Assembly: GCA_041497895.1 (NCBI GenBank)
Contig: JBGQHJ010000022.1
Coordinates: forward strand, 1-45,322
Source of the DNA: Candidatus Methylomirabilia bacterium
GTDB lineage: Bacteria > Methylomirabilota > Methylomirabilia > Rokubacteriales > CSP1-6
Direction of reading: 5' to 3'
Length of the DNA stretch: 45,322 bases
The position numbers were made by a program, and so were the translations under genes. This document shows positions 19,907 through 26,970 of the stretch, in pieces. Position 1 is the stretch's first letter, and each line of letters begins with the position of its first letter. The notes below the pieces were generated by a model. That model was given only the letters and a program-made list of their open reading frames with translations, did no database searches and was not told the DNA's origin.

Positions 19907-20319
19907 TCCCTCCTCCCAGGGCGGCGGCCAGGAGCCGCTCGTACAGTGCTCTTCCCTCGGCTGATGATCGAAGGGGTAGAGCTCCCGCGAACCGCCGACG
20001 AGCTCCCTTGCCCGCGCGCTTGACGCGATCGGCGAGGGCGGCGGCGAAGCTAGGATGGCCGTCATTCCGCCGTACGCTTGCCGAGCCGCGTCCGCACCGA
20101 CCGAAGCGCGGACCCCGGTCGGAACACCCCACGCCGGGTCTCTACCTCAGTTCGACCTCAGTCTCGGGGTGGCGGATGACCAGGTGGCACACCGCACAAT
20201 GCCGGCCCTTCCCCTCCCGAACCGAGCCGAGAACGCTCATCGGTTCCCCCGGCCGGCGTGTTGGCGACCGCACGAATCCTGCTTCTGGTCATGCTCGGGT
20301 ACGCTCTCAGGCCGCCGCC

Positions 20320-20931
20320 TCAGCGGCCCGGGTCGGGAGTGCCGAGCTCGAGGCGGTGAGCGGCTACGGATGCTGCGCCGGTCGCCTCGAGGATGCGTCT
20401 GGCCTTCGTCACGTCGTCAGTCGTGCCATGCGCGATCACGAGGAACTGGTCAGACTTGACTGCCGTCTCGTACTGCATGACGCTGTCCTTCGGAATGCCG
20501 ATGCCGTACAGCGCCGCGCCCAGCGCGCTGAGACCACCCGCCACCGCCGCGCCTTCCAATCCGGCGACGATCCAGGTGACCAGCGGGCCGAATACGATCA
20601 GAGGGCCGATACCCGGAATGAAGAACAACGCCGACCCGAACAGCAGGCCCCACAAGCCCCCCCAGAAGGCCCCCTGCTTGCCCCAGACCTTCATGCGGTC
20701 GCCGGTGTTGTAGTAGCCGACGACATGCTCCTCGGTGTGATAGTCCTTGCCCACGATGGACAGTTTCTTCATGTCGAACCCCGAGCGCTGGAGCTCCTTG
20801 ACGCTCTTTTCTGCCTCGGTGTGTGAGCGGTAAATCCCCACGACTGCGGTATTCTCAGCCCGGTCGTCGGTGGTGAGCACACCCGCGGTCTCCGCGATTC
20901 GCTCTCTCGTTTGCCTCGTCTTCTCGCTCAT
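20320..20931 (-). CDS. DUF1269/general stress protein 17M-like membrane protein
   Basis: AEKSVKELQRSGFDMKKLSIVGKDYHTEEHVVGYY, Gly-rich WGGLWGLLFG, IPGIGP, GIGIPKDS; ATG 20931 with GGAGG. Confidence 0.75.
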   Translation of the reverse strand: MSEKTRQTRERIAETAGVLTTDDRAENTAVVGIYRSHTEAEKSVKELQRSGFDMKKLSIVGKDYHTEEHVVGYYNTGDRMKVWGKQGAFWGGLWGLLFGSALFFIPGIGPLIVFGPLVTWIVAGLEGAAVAGGLSALGAALYGIGIPKDSVMQYETAVKSDQFLVIAHGTTDDVTKARRILEATGAASVAAHRLELGTPDPGR

Positions 20932-20998
20932 GATGGTGCTCCCTCCCTGCAACGGATGTCGAACGACTTCCTATTTACCAAGTTCTTCCGAATCGGCC

Positions 20999-21016
20999 AT
21001 TGGACCAAGGTCCAAT
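20999..21016. promoter_or_regulatory. Perfect 8-2-8 palindrome, putative transcription-factor operator
   Basis: ATTGGACC-AA-GGTCCAAT between the FixJ-like remnant and the DUF1269-like gene. Confidence 0.6.
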
Positions 21017-21068
21017 CGACAGGCGGCGGAGGCGGGGTAGCGAGGATGCGGAGCGGGAAAGGGAAGAA

Positions 21069-21188
21069 TCAGGTCTTGGGTACGGTCACGCCGGCTTCGT
21101 CGGCCAGCCGAACCAGCTCCGCAAGCGATCGGGCCCGCATCTTCTCCGTGACCCGGGCGCGGTGCACCTTGACCGTCTTCTCGCCGAG
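21069..21188 (-). pseudogene. C-terminal LuxR-HTH remnant of a FixJ/NodW-type response regulator
   Basis: Reads LGEKTVKVHRARVTEKMRARSLAELVRLADEAGVTVPKT*; no in-frame ATG/GTG and no room for a receiver domain before the tRNA. Confidence 0.75.
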
Positions 21189-21270
21189 GTACCGGGTGGT
21201 CCAAACCTCCGGATCAGGCAGAACTCGTCGAACACGGCGGGCTCGCGGCCCAGGATGTGCAAACGCTGAA

Positions 21271-21346
21271 TGGTGGCGGCGGGAGGACTCGAACCTCCGA
21301 CACGGGGCTTATGAGACCCCTGCTCTGCCACCTGAGCTACGCCGCC
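21271..21346 (-). tRNA. tRNA-Met (CAT), elongator type
   Basis: GGCGGCGTAGCTCAGGTGGCAGAGCAGGGGTCTCATAAGCCCCGTGTCGGAGGTTCGAGTCCTCCCGCCGCCACCA: 76 nt cloverleaf, G1-C72 paired, encoded CCA. Confidence 0.93.
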
Positions 21347-21473
21347 TTGGTAGGAACTTCGCGCAGTTGCAGAGCGGAATACTAACACGCCTGGGCGCAG
21401 GTGCACGCCCAATTGTGCCGGGGACCCGAGCAACGCGGCGGGGGAACGCCCGCGCGAATTGCGCCGAGGAGGG

Positions 21474-21890
21474 TCAGGACGCCAGCGAGGATGCCGCCCG
21501 CGGCGCCGGCGGCAAGAGCCGCTCGACCGCCTGGCGGAGAGCGCCGGCGAGCACGGGCTTCATGAGGACAGGCGCGGCCTGGCGCATCAGGAAGTTCGCG
21601 TACTCGGGCGTGTAGCCGCGCTGGAGCGAGAAGAGCACCGGCGGCATGGCGCCGCGACAGGACTCCTTCAGCATCTGGTAGAAGGCGGGACCGTTGATCC
21701 CCGGCATCTTGAGATCGGCCAGGACGAGATCGTAGTCGTGCTTGGCGAGCAGCGTGACCACCTCCGCCTTGGTCGCGGCGCTGTCGACCAGATGCCCGGC
21801 TTCCCCGAGGGCCTGGACGGCGCCGGCGCGCTCCCGCTCGTCGTCGTCCACCACCAGGATGCGCCGGCGACCGCTCGGATCGGGGCTCAT
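21474..21890 (-). CDS. Single-domain response regulator (receiver)
   Basis: ILVVDDD, LVLADLKMPG, VLMKPV; ATG 21890 overlaps the upstream stop. Confidence 0.85.
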   Translation of the reverse strand: MSPDPSGRRRILVVDDDERERAGAVQALGEAGHLVDSAATKAEVVTLLAKHDYDLVLADLKMPGINGPAFYQMLKESCRGAMPPVLFSLQRGYTPEYANFLMRQAAPVLMKPVLAGALRQAVERLLPPAPRAASSLAS

Positions 21891-22549
21891 CGGGAAGCGA
21901 GGTCGCCGGACGCCCCGCGCCGGGCTTCCAGCCGGTAGAGGATCTCGTCGGCGGTGCGCGTCATCTGGCTGGCGATGGTCTGGAGCGCTTCGTGGAGCTC
22001 GTCCCGCTGGGCGCGAAGCGCGTCGTTGTCCTGCTCGAGCCGTCGCACCTCCTCCGCCAGCGCGGCCCGCTCGCGCTCGAGGGCCTCCGCCTCGTCGTGG
22101 ATCGCGCCGGCCTCCTCGAGCCATCCGCCCAGCGTCTGCAGGAGCTGGCGCCCCTCGTCGGTCCACCGGACGATCTCGTCGCTCACCTGGCCCGTGACGG
22201 CGGTGGCCCCGTCCCGTCGTGCCGGGCCTCCGTCGATGGGCGCCTCGGCCGGCCGACGACCACACGAGAGATCGCGCCGCACCCCGGTGGGGGTGAGATC
22301 GAGCATCGCGAAGATCCTGGAGTAGGGCAGGCCCGCCGCCTCGTTCACCTCGCGGATCCACTGCGGCTGCTCGGCTCCGAACAGGCACAGCCCGCGGGCC
22401 TCGGCCGGGAACACCGCGCTGCTGATGTATCGCACGCGCTTGCCCATGCCTTTCAACCGGGCACACGCGCTCACGAGACCCTTCAGCTCGGTCCGGAATC
22501 GCTCGGGGGGCACCTGACTCAGGTCACGCTCGACGGCGAACAGCGGCAT
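21887..22549 (-). CDS. DUF4242-like N-terminal domain fused to a coiled coil
   Basis: MPLFAVERDL...VRYISS...GLCLFGAE....IREVNEAAGLPYSRI resembles DUF4242; C-terminal heptad-rich segment; GGAGGAG RBS (alternative ATG 22573). Confidence 0.65.
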   Translation of the reverse strand: MPLFAVERDLSQVPPERFRTELKGLVSACARLKGMGKRVRYISSAVFPAEARGLCLFGAEQPQWIREVNEAAGLPYSRIFAMLDLTPTGVRRDLSCGRRPAEAPIDGGPARRDGATAVTGQVSDEIVRWTDEGRQLLQTLGGWLEEAGAIHDEAEALERERAALAEEVRRLEQDNDALRAQRDELHEALQTIASQMTRTADEILYRLEARRGASGDLASR

Positions 22550-22587
22550 CGGTTGCTCTCCTCCCGACGCCATGCGGCGTCCGTCGC

Positions 22588-22617
22588 ATCCTAGGCGTCG
22601 CGGCGCGACGTCGTCAA
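22588..22617 (-). promoter_or_regulatory. Putative sigma70 promoter for the DUF4242-receiver pair
   Basis: Minus strand TTGACG-18 nt-TAGGAT; spacer contains the palindrome CGTCGCG-G-CGCGACG. Confidence 0.5.
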
Positions 22618-22779
22618 GGCCACAGAAGCGCCGTGGAAATGCGGGCGCGCCCGCGCTCGCGCGCGAATCACCGCGTCGGACGTGGCGACCGCATCGACGG
22701 GGACATCGTCTCCGCTCCAGGCCTGCGCATTCGCGACGCGCTGCCCGCGGAGCCGCGCCAGAGCGTGCATTTCTCGTAT

Positions 22780-22806
22780 TGTGGATGAGTGGGGATAAGT
22801 GGATAA
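22780..22806 (-). promoter_or_regulatory. Cluster of three DnaA-box-like 9-mers
   Basis: Minus strand TTATCCACT, TTATCCCCA, TCATCCACA, each 8/9 to TTATCCACA, in the same orientation. Confidence 0.55.
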
Positions 22807-22831
22807 GTGGCTCCACGAGGGCAAATTGGCG

Positions 22832-22859
22832 TGGACACGCAAGGCCCCTTTGTTATAAT
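22832..22859 (+). promoter_or_regulatory. Sigma70 promoter for the acidic protein gene
   Basis: TGGACA-16 nt-TATAAT, with TG at the extended -10 position. Confidence 0.65.
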
Positions 22860-22899
22860 CCCGGCCAGCGTAACGAGCTTCACGTCGGGAGGATGTCGC

Positions 22900-23139
22900 A
22901 TGATTCACCTCGGGAATCGCCCCTGGATCGAGGCAGACGATCTACCGCCGGTCGGCCAGGCCGACGAGGATAAAGAGGACGACGACGAAGAGGACAAGGA
23001 CGACGTCGATGATCTCGACGAGGACGACGACCTCGAGGACGACGACTTCGACGACGACGACGACTTCGACGACGACGATCTAGACGATGACGACGACGAC
23101 CTCGACGACGACGATGAGGACGACGAGAACGAGGGCTAG
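22900..23139 (+). CDS. Small hyper-acidic low-complexity protein (79 aa)
   Basis: GGGAGG RBS, ATG 22900; 47 of the last 58 residues are D/E; imperfect GAC repeats in the DNA. Confidence 0.7.
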   Translation: MIHLGNRPWIEADDLPPVGQADEDKEDDDEEDKDDVDDLDEDDDLEDDDFDDDDDFDDDDLDDDDDDLDDDDEDDENEG

Positions 23140-23178
23140 GCGCAGTTACTGATCCGCAGGTCTTCCGGGAGGGTGACG

Positions 23179-23880
23179 ATGGCGCTGATGAGCACCGAAG
23201 GCTGGCTGTTCCTCTTGCGATGGATTCACTTCCTGGCCGGCATCACCTGGATTGGGCTGCTGTACTACTTCAACCTCGTGCAGGTTCCCTTCTTCGCCGA
23301 GACCGAGCCGGGGGTGCGCTCGGGCGCCCAGCAGAAGCTCCTGCCCCGGGCGCTCTGGTGGTTCAGGTGGGGCGCGATGATCACGTTCCTGTCCGGCTGG
23401 CTCTACCTCCTCCACTACTGGATCGGGGCCCGCGGCATCCAGGACCCGGGGACCTGGAAGATCCTGCTCGGCGCGCTGCTCGGATCGATCATGTGGGCCA
23501 ACGTGTGGTTCGTGATCTGGCCCAAGAACAAGATCGTCATCCAGAACGCGCTCGACACCGCGGCCGGGAAGCCGGCCAACCCCGCGGCGGCCGCGGCGGG
23601 GGCCCGCGGCGGCCTCGCCTCCCGCACCAACGTCGTCATGTCCATCCCGATGCTTTTCTTCATGGGATCGGCCAGCCACCTGGCCGGGCTGACCGTCGGG
23701 AAGTCCGGGCTCGTCTTCTGGATCGTGGCGATCGCGATCATGGTCCTGGTGGAGATCAACGCTCTGACCGGCGCCCCGGGCAAGGGCGCGGCCAAGCCGC
23801 TCGCCACCATCAAGGGCACCCTCTGGTTCGGCTTCGTCCTGACTCTCGTCTACTACGTCTGGTTCATGATCATGCAGTAG
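23179..23880 (+). CDS. PuuD/urate-oxidase N-terminal-like integral membrane protein (no cytochrome c domain)
   Basis: LRWIHFLAGITWIGLLYYFN, ALWWFRWGA, IMWANVWFVIWP, SRTN...SIPMLFFM; multiple TM helices. Confidence 0.7.
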   Translation: MALMSTEGWLFLLRWIHFLAGITWIGLLYYFNLVQVPFFAETEPGVRSGAQQKLLPRALWWFRWGAMITFLSGWLYLLHYWIGARGIQDPGTWKILLGALLGSIMWANVWFVIWPKNKIVIQNALDTAAGKPANPAAAAAGARGGLASRTNVVMSIPMLFFMGSASHLAGLTVGKSGLVFWIVAIAIMVLVEINALTGAPGKGAAKPLATIKGTLWFGFVLTLVYYVWFMIMQ

Positions 23881-23905
23881 GCGGAGAGCCGTCGCGCCGC
23901 GCGTG

Positions 23906-24496
23906 TCACGGGGCCAGGTCGGTCAGCAGCTCGGCCTTGGCCAGGTCGGACAGTCGGGTGCGCGCGCGCGCGGCGGGGTGGTCCACCACCAGGTGGACCT
24001 CGGAGTCCCGGAAGGCGCGGGCCGCCTCCGGTGAGAACGCGAAGCGCACGAAGTGGACGGCGGCGAGCTTGCCCTTCTCCTCGTCGGAGTGGCCGGCCTC
24101 GAACGTGCCGGGCACGCTCGGCCCCCGCCCCATCTCGAACCAGACGTGCCGGCCGACGTCGATGCCCATGAAGCGGTCGAGCACCGGCTTGATCTGGTCC
24201 TTGTCGGCGATCTCGATGAACACGGTGGCCGACAGCTCCCCCGGCGCGGGCAGCAGCGCGCGGTAGACATCGATCTCTTCCTGCACCTTGGCGTCGTCGA
24301 CGATCCGCTCCGCTCGGCACATCTCCTGGATCTGGAAGAGCAGGGTCTCGCGGTTCTCGAAGACGAACGATAGATAGGGCCCCACCTCGACCCGCCGCTT
24401 CTGCTTCAGCTCGATGACGCGCCGACGACGCTCGTCGCGCACCTTCTCGTACTCGAAGAAGTTGACAACGTCGCCGAGCGCGATGCCGCGACTCAT
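23906..24496 (-). CDS. DUF3501 family protein
   Basis: EYEKVR...KQKRRVEVG...[32 protein letters not shown]; real start MSRG at 24496 (ATGA overlap). Confidence 0.85.
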   Translation of the reverse strand: MSRGIALGDVVNFFEYEKVRDERRRRVIELKQKRRVEVGPYLSFVFENRETLLFQIQEMCRAERIVDDAKVQEEIDVYRALLPAPGELSATVFIEIADKDQIKPVLDRFMGIDVGRHVWFEMGRGPSVPGTFEAGHSDEEKGKLAAVHFVRFAFSPEAARAFRDSEVHLVVDHPAARARTRLSDLAKAELLTDLAP

Positions 24497-25770
24497 GCCG
24501 GACGCTCGGGATCGAGGCCGTAGGCCTCGGCGAGAATCTGGATCGGATGGCGCGCGGCCCGGCCGGTCCCCTGGTGGATCTGCAGGGCGGCGAGTGGGCA
24601 ATCGGTGGCGACCCGGTCCGGCTTCGCGCGCTCGATGTCCTTGAACAGGGGCTCCGCCACCTTCATCGACAGCTCGAAGTACTCCTTCTTCATCCCCCAG
24701 GTGCCGTCCACCGCGGAGCAGCGCTCGATCACCTCGACCTCGGCCCCGGTCAGGCGCAGGACGTCCGCAGAGCGGGTCCCCATGTTCTGGGCCTTGAGGT
24801 GACAGGGCAGCTGGTAGGCGATGGAGCCGGGCGCGTTGGGGAAGCGCGTGTCGAGCCTCCCCCGCGCGTGCAGCGAGGCCAGGTACTCGAAGAGATCCCG
24901 GGTGTGCGTCGCGACGAGGTTGGCGTCCTCGGAGCCGTCGAGCCACGGATACTCCTGCTTGAGCATGTAGGAGCAGGTGGGGCCCGGCACCACGATCTCG
25001 CGCCCCTGCCGGACCTGCTCGGCCAGGCTCTTCACATTGTCCGCGATGAGGCGCTTGGCCTCGGGCACCGCGCCGCCGTCGAGGTAGGGCATGCCACAGC
25101 AGCGCTGCGCGGGCAGGGCCACGTCGACCCCGTTCCGCTCGAGCACCGCCACCGTCGCCTTGCCGGTCAGCGGGTCGTTGTACTCCACCGAGCAGGTCGC
25201 GAACAGGGCCACCCGGTCGCGGGCCGGCTCCCGCCGCGGGACGGGCTTCCGTCCGTCGAACCAGCGCGAGAACGTCTCGCGGTGGAAGGTGGGCAGGTCT
25301 CGCTTGGCGTGGATCCCGACCGCCATCTCCATGAACTTCCGGTTGACCCACACCGTGTTCATCCAGTTCGAGATCGGCGCGGTCAGGCTGCCCAGGCGCC
25401 CGACCAGCTCGGTGTTGCCCAGGAATCTGTCTTGAAGCGTCACGCCCTTCTCCCGGGCCTCCGCGGAGCGGGCGCGCAGCATGAGCCGGGGGAAGTCCAC
25501 CGCCCAGCGGTGCGGCGGCGTGTAGGGGCAGTGGTTGTAGCAGAGCTTGCACTGGTAGCAGAGATCGACCACTTCCTTCACGTCGGCGGCGGGCAGCTTC
25601 TCGACATCGCCGTCCACCGCGTCGACGTCGAGCCGGTCGAACAGGACCTTGAACGAGGGGCAGAGGGGTAGGCAGCGCCGGCAGCCCGCGCAGATGTCGT
25701 AGACCCGGCGCAGCTCGGTGTCGACGTGGTCGAGCCGCCAGAATTCCGGTGCACGAATGTCGAGTGTCAT
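24493..25770 (-). CDS. Fe-S oxidoreductase (GlpC/HdrD-like, CCG domains), rubrerythrin-associated
   Basis: [45 protein letters not shown]. Confidence 0.88.
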   Translation of the reverse strand: MTLDIRAPEFWRLDHVDTELRRVYDICAGCRRCLPLCPSFKVLFDRLDVDAVDGDVEKLPAADVKEVVDLCYQCKLCYNHCPYTPPHRWAVDFPRLMLRARSAEAREKGVTLQDRFLGNTELVGRLGSLTAPISNWMNTVWVNRKFMEMAVGIHAKRDLPTFHRETFSRWFDGRKPVPRREPARDRVALFATCSVEYNDPLTGKATVAVLERNGVDVALPAQRCCGMPYLDGGAVPEAKRLIADNVKSLAEQVRQGREIVVPGPTCSYMLKQEYPWLDGSEDANLVATHTRDLFEYLASLHARGRLDTRFPNAPGSIAYQLPCHLKAQNMGTRSADVLRLTGAEVEVIERCSAVDGTWGMKKEYFELSMKVAEPLFKDIERAKPDRVATDCPLAALQIHQGTGRAARHPIQILAEAYGLDPERPA

Positions 25771-25808
25771 CGGCCTCTCGTGATGCGGGCGGGGTGGTTG
25801 GAGGTCCG

Positions 25809-25842
25809 GCCCGGGCGCCGACCGATCGGCCGACGCCCGGGC
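25809..25842 (-). terminator. Strong intra-operon hairpin after rubrerythrin
   Basis: GCCCGGGCG/CGCCCGGGC arms; inner pairs extend the stem to about 15 bp with G-U pairs on the minus-strand RNA; no U-tract. Confidence 0.5.
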
Positions 25843-25857
25843 GATTCCGCCGGGTCC

Positions 25858-26307
25858 CTAGATGGCGTCGGCCGGGTCCTTGCCCGCGACCTGGTTGAGG
25901 CCCTTCGTGAAGCGGCCGGCGTGCGACTTCTCGGCCTTGGCGAGGGTCTCGAACCACTCGGCCAGCTCCGGATACCCCTCGTCCCGCGCGGTCTTGGCCA
26001 TGCCCGGGTACATCTGCGTGTACTCGTAGGTCTCGCCCGCGACCGACGCCTTGAGATTCTTCTCGGTCTTGCCGATGGGCTCGCCGGTGGCCGGATCGCC
26101 CACCTCCTTGAGGAAGTCGAGATGCCCGAAGGCGTGGCCGGTCTCCGCGTCCGCGGTGTCCTTGAACAGGCCCGCGATGTCCGGGAAGCCTTCGATGTCG
26201 GCGACGCGCGCGAAGTACAGGTAGCGGCGATTGGCCTGCGACTCGCCCGCGAACGCCTCCTTGAGGTTCTCCACGCTCTTCGAGCCCTTCAACGCCTTGC
26301 CTGCCAT
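25858..26307 (-). CDS. rbr: Rubrerythrin (short type, no rubredoxin domain)
   Basis: [33 protein letters not shown] diiron motifs; AAGGAGG RBS. Confidence 0.93.
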   Translation of the reverse strand: MAGKALKGSKSVENLKEAFAGESQANRRYLYFARVADIEGFPDIAGLFKDTADAETGHAFGHLDFLKEVGDPATGEPIGKTEKNLKASVAGETYEYTQMYPGMAKTARDEGYPELAEWFETLAKAEKSHAGRFTKGLNQVAGKDPADAI

Positions 26308-26362
26308 GGGACGTCCTCCTTTACCGCGGTTGGTGGTGACGGCGGCCCGGGGGTCTCCCGGG

Positions 26363-26848
26363 CTACGGGGCCGGGCGCCGGCCCCGCGAGTCCTTCCGGC
26401 CCCCGCGACGCTGACACTCGAGACAGCGACCGTAGAACTCGATCCGGTGATGCGTGACGCTGAAGCCGCTCTGGGCGGCCACCCGGCCGCAGAGGGCGCG
26501 GGAATGGGGCTCGGTGGCCGGCCCCTGCACGTCGCTGATGGAGCCGCAGACGAGACAGGTGAAGTGGTGGTGCTCGCTGAGGTTGCCGTCGAACCGGGCG
26601 TGGGGCCCGGGCAGCTCCTTGACCAGCCCCTGGGCGACCAGCAGCCGCAGGTTGCGGTAGACGGTCCCCAGGCTCACCCGGGGCCGCCGACGCCGCACCA
26701 TCCGGTGCACCCACTCCGCGGTGGGATGCGACTCGGTGGCCCGCACCACGTCGAGCACCAGGCGGCGCGGCCCGGTGAGGCGGAGCCCGCGCGCTCGCAG
26801 GGTCGCCTCCGCTCCGCTCCACTCGACCTTTTTAGTAATGGTTCTCAT
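26363..26848 (-). CDS. Fur-family regulator, probably PerR-like
   Basis: HPTAEWV, SLGTVYRNL, HHHFTCLVCG, GRCLEC; heads a peroxide-defence operon. Confidence 0.88.
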   Translation of the reverse strand: MRTITKKVEWSGAEATLRARGLRLTGPRRLVLDVVRATESHPTAEWVHRMVRRRRPRVSLGTVYRNLRLLVAQGLVKELPGPHARFDGNLSEHHHFTCLVCGSISDVQGPATEPHSRALCGRVAAQSGFSVTHHRIEFYGRCLECQRRGGRKDSRGRRPAP

Positions 26849-26851
26849 TAC
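26835..26851. promoter_or_regulatory. Fur/Per box overlapping the regulator start codon
   Basis: Minus strand GTAATGAGAACCATTAC, close to the Fur-box core ATAATGATAATCATTAT. Confidence 0.75.
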
Positions 26852-26859
26852 GGTTCTGC

Positions 26860-26889
26860 AGCATACCGGCACCCGCGGGCGGCTGTCAA
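26860..26889 (-). promoter_or_regulatory. Sigma70 promoter of the Fur-rbr operon
   Basis: Minus strand TTGACA-18 nt-TATGCT. Confidence 0.65.
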
Positions 26890-26917
26890 GCGCCGCGCGG
26901 CGGCGAGGCGCTCGCTA

Positions 26918-26946
26918 TTGAAGCACCTCCGCCCGTCGAGTAAACT
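26918..26946 (+). promoter_or_regulatory. Sigma70 promoter of uvrA
   Basis: TTGAAG-17 nt-TAAACT followed by AGGAGG RBS. Confidence 0.55.
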
Positions 26947-26970
26947 TTCCATCTCAGGAGGATCGCTCGA

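Larger units (their letters stand above)
16330..21270. mobile_element. Probable decayed genomic islet at the tRNA-Met 3' end
   Basis: Begins at the tRNA CCA end, gene fragments at both edges, visibly more A/T in codons (especially ppk2); no integrase or convincing att repeat. Confidence 0.45.

Noticed and set aside
20184..20198. CxxCH heme c motif in the tiny ORF
   Set aside because: 32 aa with no signal peptide; more likely a Zn-finger fragment or chance.
21271..21346. tRNA-Ile2 (CAT) given tilS in the window, or initiator tRNA
   Set aside because: G1-C72 is paired, so it is not an initiator. The acceptor stem GGCGGCG resembles elongator Met rather than the C4/C5-containing stems of Ile2. 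tilS is 12 kb away.
22780..22860. Replication origin oriC
   Set aside because: Only three imperfect boxes, no AT-rich unwinding element and no dnaA/dnaN/gidA context.
22978..23127. CRISPR array or microsatellite
   Set aside because: Imperfect GAC/GAG/GAT codon runs encoding Asp/Glu; no repeat-spacer structure and no cas genes.
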